Positions 39,239 to 47,690 of a stretch of 64,000 bases of DNA are shown here, one piece after another. Made by a program: the position numbers and the translations under genes. Each line of letters starts with the position of its first letter. Within the stretch, counting starts at the first letter, position 1. The notes below the pieces were generated by a model. That model saw nothing but the letters and a program-made list of their open reading frames with translations, ran no database searches and was not told the origin of the DNA. The stretch is from a virus (taxonomy: Duplodnaviria; Caudoviricetes). The stretch lies in the IMG/VR virus record IMGVR_UViG_3300029305_011823; one strand, written 5' to 3'.

Positions 39239-40384
39239 TTATTTAACAGCGTTTCCTGATATCATTGACCTGATCCTGTCTAAACTTATTTCTTTTCCTG
39301 TTTTAAGTTTTATATATTCTTGTATCTTCTCATCGTAGCCTACAGATTTATCGAATATGAAATTATACTTATCCATCAATAAACTAACCTTTTCTTTTAA
39401 CTCTTTATCTAATTTAAGTTTACTATTTTCTATAATCTGTAATTTAACATTTTTCATGTCATTAAATACTACATTCATACTATCAACAAATGTTGCTGAA
39501 TTGATCATATCTTCTGGTGTATATATTTTTATTCTAAGATAATCTCTACAATAATTCTTAACAAGATTTTTGAAATAGTTTATTTGCTCGTTTACCATAT
39601 AACTAAATACGCAGTTATTAGGTTTAATTTCTATTGTATCGTATTTCATAGTTAATTCATTTTCAATAAATGTGAAATCCGTTTCTTTAGTTTCTTCATC
39701 AAAATCTACTATATAAAATCCTTTAGCTTCTTCTTCACCAAATCTACTTCTAACTAAACTTCCTGTATATTGAATTCTATCTCTTATTCTTTGAGCTGTA
39801 TGAATATGACCAAATACTATAGGTCCTTCGCATATTTCTTCCATCTCTTTAGAATTAAATATTGGATATTTCTTCATTCCTGTATGTTGTTTAGTTGAGA
39901 AATTAGTTTCTTCAAACATACCATGACCAAATACTAATTGATATTTTTTATTGAAATATTCTTTATAATATTCTTTAGAATCTTCCATATATTCTTCAGG
40001 TATATATAAAACATTCATACCTGGGAATATTTCCTCTTCGTCAACTGTTAAAATAAGTTTATAATCACATTTACTACTATTCGCTATTTGTGCTAAATTC
40101 TTTAATTGATTCTCAGGGTCATGTGAATTAGTACCTTTAATTTGTCTAACTTTAATACCTTTTTCTTCACATGATTTAATTAAATCTGAAAATGCTTTTA
40201 CTGAATATACTGAATGAGCACTAGCCATAGATAATTTAGTATCGTAATAATCTCCTGCTATAACCACACAGTCGATAGCATTATCTTCAATTGTGTGTAA
40301 TATTAATTGAAACTCTTTGTATAATAATTCAGGAGGGTAATACCCAAAATGGATATCACCCACTACTAAAAATCTTTTCATCAA
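39239..40384 (-). CDS. SbcD/Mre11-like nuclease subunit
   Basis: GDIH, AGDYYD, GT.SHD, HG, GHIH, YTGS metallophosphoesterase motifs. Confidence 0.88.
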   Translation of the reverse strand: MMKRFLVVGDIHFGYYPPELLYKEFQLILHTIEDNAIDCVVIAGDYYDTKLSMASAHSVYSVKAFSDLIKSCEEKGIKVRQIKGTNSHDPENQLKNLAQIANSSKCDYKLILTVDEEEIFPGMNVLYIPEEYMEDSKEYYKEYFNKKYQLVFGHGMFEETNFSTKQHTGMKKYPIFNSKEMEEICEGPIVFGHIHTAQRIRDRIQYTGSLVRSRFGEEEAKGFYIVDFDEETKETDFTFIENELTMKYDTIEIKPNNCVFSYMVNEQINYFKNLVKNYCRDYLRIKIYTPEDMINSATFVDSMNVVFNDMKNVKLQIIENSKLKLDKELKEKVSLLMDKYNFIFDKSVGYDEKIQEYIKLKTGKEISLDRIRSMISGNAVK

Positions 40385-41028
40385 AGCATATCACCCCATT
40401 CTTCATTTAATTCATAAACCATATAAAACGTATTCATTAATGAGTTAAATAAATCTATATAAGGTTGCATTTCTTCTACTGACATTACCTTAAGTTTGAC
40501 TCCTTCTTCACTAACTCTAGCTATTGCAACTTGTTCTACTTTTATATCGTTATATTCTAATAATTGTATATAAGCTCCTAATTGTATAAAATGAGATGAA
40601 TAAAATCTCTTAGATGTTTTAAAATCTAATATTGTTAATTTTTCTTCTAATTCACATAATAAATCTATAGTTCCACCATATAGTTCACAACTGAATGATT
40701 TTTCTCCCCATATCGGTTTGACTTTATATTCTTCTAGAAATACTTTAAATCCGTCAATATATTCTTTAATAAGCTCAACTGTTCCTGGTTGACTTATATC
40801 AAATTTCTTTCCTTCCTTAAACATAAATTCATGCAATAACTCATGGACAAATGTCCCATGATCTGCTTTTTCTTCCAATACTTGTTTGTAAGATTGTCTT
40901 TTCCAACCTAAACTATTAGCCCACATAGGAATAGCTGGCTTATTTAAGACTTTCATTATAGTTGTAACTGATGGAACTTCTTCCATCTTTTTATTCATAT
41001 AAGTTGAATGATCAGAATATTTCCCCAT
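40381..41028 (-). CDS. PD-(D/E)xK exonuclease (Cas4/RecB-like phage nuclease)
   Basis: PSVTT, GT.VH, E, GTID, DFKTS, QL.AY. Confidence 0.85.
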   Translation of the reverse strand: MGKYSDHSTYMNKKMEEVPSVTTIMKVLNKPAIPMWANSLGWKRQSYKQVLEEKADHGTFVHELLHEFMFKEGKKFDISQPGTVELIKEYIDGFKVFLEEYKVKPIWGEKSFSCELYGGTIDLLCELEEKLTILDFKTSKRFYSSHFIQLGAYIQLLEYNDIKVEQVAIARVSEEGVKLKVMSVEEMQPYIDLFNSLMNTFYMVYELNEEWGDML

Positions 41029-41045
41029 ATATTTTTACCTCCTAA

Positions 41046-41246
41046 TTAATCCCAATGTGTTACATCTTTTATATCATTTTCATCAGCCCAACCACCTGCA
41101 AACTCTACTCTTGTTATACTTACAATATAATCTGGGTCTTTATCAATTTTACCCGTGTTTATTATTTGCCAAATATTATATGCTTTAACAAACTCTGTTG
41201 TATAATCACTATATATTATACACCATATACCTAAACTATTAGCCAT
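41046..41246 (-). CDS. small hypothetical protein
   Basis: ORF with GGAGG RBS. Confidence 0.55.
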   Translation of the reverse strand: MANSLGIWCIIYSDYTTEFVKAYNIWQIINTGKIDKDPDYIVSITRVEFAGGWADENDIKDVTHWD

Positions 41247-41260
41247 TTATTTGTACCTCC

Positions 41261-41596
41261 TTATATTTCGTCTTCTTTAAATTGATAATAGCTTCCGTGT
41301 ATTTGACAGAATTTTGCAAACATGTCTCTAAAATATTTTTTACATAAATCATTATTCTCTTTTGTATAAGCCATTTGAGAAGTTAATATTTTATAACCAT
41401 TAACTATATTTACAATATCTTGTCTTAGATCTTGTTTTACTCTCTCAGGTAAATACATTCTTTCTAATATTTCTTCAATATTATCTCCTTCAACTCTTAT
41501 TTTGTAAGTTTGTTTTTCAGGTAATTCCTCTACATACATTAAATCAGTTTTTATTAAATGCTCAAATCTATAAAGCGTAAATGTTGTTCTCTTCAT
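41261..41596 (-). CDS. hypothetical protein
   Basis: AGGAGG RBS before MKRTT. Confidence 0.6.
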   Translation of the reverse strand: MKRTTFTLYRFEHLIKTDLMYVEELPEKQTYKIRVEGDNIEEILERMYLPERVKQDLRQDIVNIVNGYKILTSQMAYTKENNDLCKKYFRDMFAKFCQIHGSYYQFKEDEI

Positions 41597-41873
41597 ATCA
41601 TTTCCTCCTATATTATTCAAATTACAGTAATGTTCTATAGTTGATATAATTTCATTCAAATGTGTTTATTGTTATAATATATAAAATTTCATAGAAACCA
41701 TATAATTAATTATCAACAGTACAACAACTTATTAATGCGATAGCATTAATTAGAAATGAAGCGACTCTCCAAAAGAGGAGCGGATAATAAGTTGTTAAAT
41801 ATTAGAATACGGTTAGGAAGATACGTCCATTTGCATGGACGGTTTTTTCTGAGATTTTGATTAATTGGCTCTT

Positions 41874-41914
41874 TGTAGATAGTTGGTGACATTAACCAAC
41901 TATCTACATTTTTT
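41874..41914 (+). terminator. intrinsic terminator
   Basis: tgtagatagttggt-gacatta-accaactatctaca + T run. Confidence 0.7.
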
Positions 41915-41975
41915 AATTTTAAACAATTTAGTAAGAGAAATAGTTAACTAAGAAAATAAAGGAGTTGAATAAGAT

Positions 41976-42914
41976 ATGGCAGGATATAAACCAATTACTA
42001 GTACATTCTTATTTAAGAATTTAGGAGGAAGTGTACTAACTGGAAAAATAAATGAAGCAGCTAGTAAAGGAAAAAGATATTCTGAACAAGACTTATTAGA
42101 ACAATTTGTTTATATAAGAAATTATGAAAAATCTTTATTAAAACAAAGGGTAATGACAGAGTTTAAAGAAGGAAGAATAGAAGTAATATATGCTGATAAT
42201 GTTCAAGTATCTAAATTAATGCCATTTGTATTAATACCATCACAAATGGGTCATAAAGCTGTAGTATTCTTAAATCCTTTCTGTAATATGAGATCAGATG
42301 GATTATTAAATATTAGAGGTAACTTATTATACACTTTATTAGAAAGTGCTTACTTAGCTAAGAACTTTGCTGATAATTACAATGCTATTAAAAACGATAC
42401 ATTAGTAAGACAACAAGGTGCTTTAATGTATGCTAATATATTTATAAAACCGATAAATAAAATGTTTAATACTAATTTAGATAGTGTAAGAGAAGGTAAG
42501 ATATTATTTTTAGCATCTAAATTTTATTTAAAAAATGTATTAGGAATAGATAATGATGAATATATATTTAACGTAGGATCTAAGATAGCTAATAGAGTAT
42601 CTCCATATACTTTAAAAGAAACTGATAGTTTAGTAGATGAAGAAGCGTATCAAGATTTAGGAACATTTATTCAAGCTTTAGGTGATGAGAGATTACAATT
42701 AGGATTCGAAGGTAAATTACAGATAAGAAATTACTTATTCAATTATATTTCTATGTACGGAGAATCTGCACCATTTGCCTTAGAGTCAATGATATATTTT
42801 ATATTTATGGTTAACACTGTAAGAAGAGGAGCAGAAAAAGTATTTAATCAAATACAATTAGAACCGATAATAGAAAAAAGTGGAGAAAAAATGCTAAGAA
42901 ATTTATACAGATAA
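41976..42914 (+). CDS. hypothetical late protein (possible virion component)
   Basis: 312-aa ORF, RBS, late promoter 41922-41933. Confidence 0.65.
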   Translation: MAGYKPITSTFLFKNLGGSVLTGKINEAASKGKRYSEQDLLEQFVYIRNYEKSLLKQRVMTEFKEGRIEVIYADNVQVSKLMPFVLIPSQMGHKAVVFLNPFCNMRSDGLLNIRGNLLYTLLESAYLAKNFADNYNAIKNDTLVRQQGALMYANIFIKPINKMFNTNLDSVREGKILFLASKFYLKNVLGIDNDEYIFNVGSKIANRVSPYTLKETDSLVDEEAYQDLGTFIQALGDERLQLGFEGKLQIRNYLFNYISMYGESAPFALESMIYFIFMVNTVRRGAEKVFNQIQLEPIIEKSGEKMLRNLYR

Positions 42915-42930
42915 AGGAGTTGATTAATAT

Positions 42931-43374
42931 ATGAATGCTGTGGTACTTATAGCTAGACATGTCGATGAAAACGGTGTAGGATTAGTAATAGAACAAAGTA
43001 TAGATTGTAGAACTATAGTTATTACACCAGAAGGAGACATTGTTGAGCCTATAGATTATGATGGAATTAATTATATACCTTGTGGAATAAATGATAAAAT
43101 ATTAGTTCATTATCAAAATAATCAAGGTGTTAGAACATTCAAAGTTGTTGCTATAGAAAGAAGTGGACATTTCTTTGAATGTGAAATAATTTATGATGAA
43201 GAAGAACTAATAGAAATGGAATTACTTTCTATAGCTGAAAAAGCTATAGCTGGAGAAATTACTGTAAATAAAGCTCATTTAAAAGCTGATGAGTTAATAA
43301 TTACTTTATTAAGATATAAAAAATTAAACGTTATAGCTGATGCTTATAGTAAAGTTCCTAAGTTTTATGATTAA
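42931..43374 (+). CDS. hypothetical protein
   Basis: ORF with RBS. Confidence 0.6.
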   Translation: MNAVVLIARHVDENGVGLVIEQSIDCRTIVITPEGDIVEPIDYDGINYIPCGINDKILVHYQNNQGVRTFKVVAIERSGHFFECEIIYDEEELIEMELLSIAEKAIAGEITVNKAHLKADELIITLLRYKKLNVIADAYSKVPKFYD

Positions 43375-43415
43375 AAAAAAATAATAGAATATCCTAATGG
43401 ATATTCTATTATTTC

Positions 43416-43607
43416 TTATTTATTTATTATATTAAGTATATTAACTTTCTTATATAATTCCCAATTGTTCTTTAAAGCTTGGGTACATAAGTTTCTTATT
43501 GTATTTGTAAAAGTATTATCATTAGCAACTATTTGTAGCATATTATTAATATTTTCTTCATACATTTTTCTAAACTCAACATTCATTTCCATATAATCTT
43601 TATACAT
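43416..43607 (-). CDS. small hypothetical protein
   Basis: GGAGG RBS before MYKDY. Confidence 0.5.
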   Translation of the reverse strand: MYKDYMEMNVEFRKMYEENINNMLQIVANDNTFTNTIRNLCTQALKNNWELYKKVNILNIINK

Positions 43608-43666
43608 AAAACTACCTCCATTATTATTTGTTTTTATTATTAAAGAACACATAAAGTGTGACTTGA

Positions 43667-44184
43667 TTAACAAGTCACACCATTACATATATCAAATAGA
43701 TGTTGTATTCTTATTTCCATTTCTTGTATACCTTCAACGTTTTCTCCATTACTAGTTTTATCTAATACTTCTTGTAATTCTTCCAATGCAAATATAGCAC
43801 TTTGATATCCCATTTGTTTTGCAGCATATTCATCAGCTTCAAATTCATCATTTATATCTCTTTCATATTCATTATTGAATAATTTATCTTCTGTAGCATG
43901 TAGATTAAAATGTCCTATTCATGTGCTATTGTAAATTTTCTACCATTTTCACTCATTTCCATAAATCTATCATCTACAACTATCATAGGAACATAGTTAT
44001 CCATATTATCGAATTGTAAGAATCCAGCCATTGCTATAGCTAATCCGTTGTACATTAGTAATTCATTATTTCTTATTGTAACGTATCCATATTCATTTAT
44101 ATCTTTATCAGTTATAGCATCGTTTTCATCTACAAATACTCTAGTTTCTAATCCATTTATTATATTCATTAAATTATTTAACAT
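43667..44184 (-). pseudogene. HExxH metallopeptidase-like gene with a 1-nt deletion inside the zinc motif
   Basis: CATGAATAGGACAT: adding one A restores HEIGH and the frame continues ...EFEADEYAAKQMG... to stop at 43667. Confidence 0.7.
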
Positions 44185-44233
44185 ATTAATACCCTCCATA
44201 TTTTTTATAATTTTTTATAGGAACATACAAATC

Positions 44234-44647
44234 TTACTTAGCAAATAATTTTATTAATAAACGTCTAGTTTTTAATTCTCTTGATGGTATAAATTTTATT
44301 GTTTCTGTTATTGCTTTTAAGGCATTTTCTTTACCTAATAATTTAACTGCATGGAAATCTGCTTGTATTTCTTGTTTTACTACTAATCCAAATCTATGGA
44401 ATAATTTTCTTTTGAAGTTTGTTATTGAATTATCTACTTTATTATGTCCATAATATATATGTCCGAATTCATGATATAATACGAATTTTTGTGTATTCTC
44501 ATCTTGTTCCATAAATTGTTGATTTACATATATTCTATCTAAATCATTTACTCTACAGAAGCAAGGAGAATATTTCATTATCGTAACTTCTCTACCTTCA
44601 AAGTTAAAATATTCAAAACCAAATTTATTTTTAGATATATTATACAT
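44234..44647 (-). CDS. HExxH zinc metallopeptidase (M48/M78-like)
   Basis: FVLYHEFGH...EIQADFHA. Confidence 0.75.
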   Translation of the reverse strand: MYNISKNKFGFEYFNFEGREVTIMKYSPCFCRVNDLDRIYVNQQFMEQDENTQKFVLYHEFGHIYYGHNKVDNSITNFKRKLFHRFGLVVKQEIQADFHAVKLLGKENALKAITETIKFIPSRELKTRRLLIKLFAK

Positions 44648-44762
44648 ACAAGTACCTCCAAATTAAATTATTTTTATTATACTTCACTTTTATAATATGG
44701 TATCGAAATCCTGAGAATTACGGTTCATACAAATAAAAATAGATATATCCATATGGATATAT

Positions 44763-45191
44763 CTATTTCTTTTCATCTTTACTATCAGAGGATTGTTCTT
44801 TTTTCTTTTCAACACTTTCGGTTAGTGTTGGTTTATCATGTAAATCAACCTTATCACCACGTTTAATCATTTGGTAAGTTTGATAGAATTTAAATAAACC
44901 GTCTATATTGGATAATCTTTCAAATAATTCAAAACTAAGCAGTCCTACAAAAAAAGCGAGGACGACTATCTCTTTAAGTCCTATATGTTTTAAAAGCCAG
45001 CTTTCTAGTCCAACCATTACAAATGCACTAAATAATGATCCTATTAAAATTCTATATAATCTAAAGGATGTGTCTGTACCTCTGATACTATTATACATAT
45101 CCTTTACAAAAGATCCAGCTAATGTAATTAAAAAATACAATGATAAAGGTATAGCTATAGATAAGAATACATCAATATTCATTCCTTGCAT
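44763..45191 (-). CDS. 3-TM membrane protein, holin-like
   Basis: Three hydrophobic helices, charged C-tail. Confidence 0.45.
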   Translation of the reverse strand: MQGMNIDVFLSIAIPLSLYFLITLAGSFVKDMYNSIRGTDTSFRLYRILIGSLFSAFVMVGLESWLLKHIGLKEIVVLAFFVGLLSFELFERLSNIDGLFKFYQTYQMIKRGDKVDLHDKPTLTESVEKKKEQSSDSKDEKK

Positions 45192-45208
45192 GGCATCAAC
45201 CCCTTGAT

Positions 45209-46201
45209 TTAATCAAGGTCATCTGAATTTTCTTTTATTTGTATATTCTCATCATCTATATTTTTAATCACGACCATTAATATAATTATAGTTGCTGTTA
45301 CTAAGAATATATTGATCAATGCATTTGTAAATTCAGTAGTATTTCTGTATTGGATAATTTTAATAGTTACTGATTGATCGCATTGTTCTAATAAAGGTAA
45401 ATAGTTTTCTAAAATTGTCCCTAGAGAAACTGATTTAAATACATATATCTTATTAACGTTTGGATTTTTAGCTAAGAAGTGACTATCAGTCTCTCCAAAT
45501 ATATCACCATTTTCAGTTATAACTCCCATAGTCACAATCATATATTTATCCATATTTTTCATACCATTATTATGGTATTCTGTTATAACGTCCTCTATAG
45601 TATAGTAAGTTCCATTAGGATAATAACCGTCAGTTCTGATTATAGCATAATCAACTCTATTTAATGCTATGTCTTCATATGCTTGTTTCATTACACCTGA
45701 CCCATCCACTTGTTCATAGTATTCATCCCAAGTTAAATATTTACCTTCGGATTCGATATATTTATATTTATCCAAATCTATATTTGATCTACTATAAAAC
45801 ACATAGTCTTTTGTACCGACTGTAATTATTATTTCATCTTTTTTATCAGATAAATCAAATACTTCATCTAATATACCTATAAAGGTTTTATCTAAATTCA
45901 TATTAACTATATTATCATATATTTCATCAATATTCATCGATTCTATCATTATTCTATGCAATGTTAATGAATCATTTTTTGTATTTCGTTCAGTCATATC
46001 ATGTGTTTCCATTAGAATTGCTCGTAATATAGTATGAATATTTTCATCAGTATTTTTTTCTATAGCTGCTATTTCTTGATTATAACTTTTATATGTCTTG
46101 TATAGATTGAATGCTCTAAAACCTCCTGCAAAAAATAAAATCAGACATGCCACCATGAGCAAATATTTTCTAAGCACGTTTTTCTCAAAAATAGATTTCA
46201 T
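45209..46201 (-). CDS. membrane protein with two TM helices flanking a large extracytoplasmic domain
   Basis: N- and C-terminal hydrophobic segments. Confidence 0.6.
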   Translation of the reverse strand: MKSIFEKNVLRKYLLMVACLILFFAGGFRAFNLYKTYKSYNQEIAAIEKNTDENIHTILRAILMETHDMTERNTKNDSLTLHRIMIESMNIDEIYDNIVNMNLDKTFIGILDEVFDLSDKKDEIIITVGTKDYVFYSRSNIDLDKYKYIESEGKYLTWDEYYEQVDGSGVMKQAYEDIALNRVDYAIIRTDGYYPNGTYYTIEDVITEYHNNGMKNMDKYMIVTMGVITENGDIFGETDSHFLAKNPNVNKIYVFKSVSLGTILENYLPLLEQCDQSVTIKIIQYRNTTEFTNALINIFLVTATIIILMVVIKNIDDENIQIKENSDDLD

Positions 46202-46971
46202 TATATAAACACCACCATAAAGTCAGATATTTCTAAAGACGATCCTACAGCACAGTCTCCAAATATCTTAATATCTAAAGCGTATGGCTTTCCTTCTTCT
46301 TTTACAAATTCAGGTATTTCAAAAAAGTCTGCAGATAATATTGCTTCATTAGCATTAAACCAATGAGGGTTAGCATCTAATGCATTGAAAGTAATAGAGC
46401 AACCAAGAGTAGGAGCTCCAAGCATTTCTATAATATGTTTTATTTTATATTTTTTAGGTTGGGTAATTAATTCTATAGGTTCAGTTAATCTAACATCTAT
46501 ACCATATCCTGGTAAAGCTTTAACAGATCCTGGTACATGTAAACCAGTAACTAGATTAAGATGTTCTAAGTCTCTAAAGTTTTCTCTAAATAAAACTTTT
46601 AACACTAATCTATGATCTAACATTCCTGCTAATTCATATACTAAAGTAGCAACATCGTCAGATAATGCTTCTTGAGTAGATTGAAGAACAGTATTATTTT
46701 GTGTTATTATGCTACTATCTTTGTATATATCTGTTATTACAATATCAGTGAAATTATCAGGAACTATTGGTCCAGTAACACCATCTTTAGTTATAGTAAC
46801 AACTTTGAATATACCATCTTGTTGTATTATAACACTATCACCTTTATTATATATTTTATTCTCATCGTATATTTCAGGTATTTTACCACCGAATAAAACA
46901 TTTAATATTAAGTTATAACTATTTATAACTTCTTCATTTACAACTTTTTTAACAAATGTAAGCTTAGCCAA
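46201..46971 (-). CDS. putative virion structural protein
   Basis: Late operon; YDENKIYNKGD.V motif, ITFNA.D..P.W beta-rich C-terminus. Confidence 0.5.
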   Translation of the reverse strand: MAKLTFVKKVVNEEVINSYNLILNVLFGGKIPEIYDENKIYNKGDSVIIQQDGIFKVVTITKDGVTGPIVPDNFTDIVITDIYKDSSIITQNNTVLQSTQEALSDDVATLVYELAGMLDHRLVLKVLFRENFRDLEHLNLVTGLHVPGSVKALPGYGIDVRLTEPIELITQPKKYKIKHIIEMLGAPTLGCSITFNALDANPHWFNANEAILSADFFEIPEFVKEEGKPYALDIKIFGDCAVGSSLEISDFMVVFI

Positions 46972-46983
46972 TTTTCACACCTC

Positions 46984-47616
46984 CTAATGATTTATAGTCA
47001 CAAATAGGTTATGTAATAATATTGTATTATTAGCACCGATATTTGCAGCTTTTCCTATAGTAATATTCATTATTTTTATAGAAGATACTTTTCCTTTAAG
47101 CTCTAAAGGAATTTTATTAAAGTTTATACTAGATAAATCTTTATCTACACGCACATATCTAGTAACCCCGTCTTCTACAATTTCTATTAATATTTTAACG
47201 TTACCATCACTATGGATTAATTGAGGATCCCCGTTTAATATCTTATATTCATCTAGGTCTAAATGAATAAGTAGTTCTTTAGCATCTACAGGTATATTAA
47301 TAGGTTCTTGTTGAAGTATATTGTCATCATAATCTACGAATCCAGGCAATACTATATTTTCAAAATCTACATGATATATGTCACCAGTCATACCAACTAA
47401 TTCTGCAATTCTTACAGCTTCATTAGTTGCAGCTTTAGCACGGTTCATTATATCTGCAGATAGGACTATACCTTCTTTAGTTTTGATATAGAATTCTCCA
47501 GAATATTTACCTACTAATATTTCTTCATTAAGAGCTTCTGCTTTTCTCTCTCTAGACAGAGCAGATATAGCAAATCTTTGTATTAATTCACTCAAAGCTT
47601 GATTACTCATAATCAT
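46984..47616 (-). CDS. putative virion structural protein
   Basis: Late promoter 47646-47657; beta-rich. Confidence 0.45.
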   Translation of the reverse strand: MIMSNQALSELIQRFAISALSRERKAEALNEEILVGKYSGEFYIKTKEGIVLSADIMNRAKAATNEAVRIAELVGMTGDIYHVDFENIVLPGFVDYDDNILQQEPINIPVDAKELLIHLDLDEYKILNGDPQLIHSDGNVKILIEIVEDGVTRYVRVDKDLSSINFNKIPLELKGKVSSIKIMNITIGKAANIGANNTILLHNLFVTINH

Positions 47617-47690
47617 TTACTCTCCTTTCAAATTTATAAATTTATTAAATAATTGTTTTCTGGGGCAATCCCCAGAAAACAATTATAATT

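Noticed and set aside
40381-41028. Cas4 of a CRISPR-Cas system
   Set aside because: No Fe-S cysteine cluster pattern, array or other cas genes; sits in a recombination operon with SbcD
43915-43917. TAG readthrough / alternative genetic code
   Set aside because: The conserved continuation is in a different frame (1-nt deletion), and TAG/TGA terminate many intact genes here
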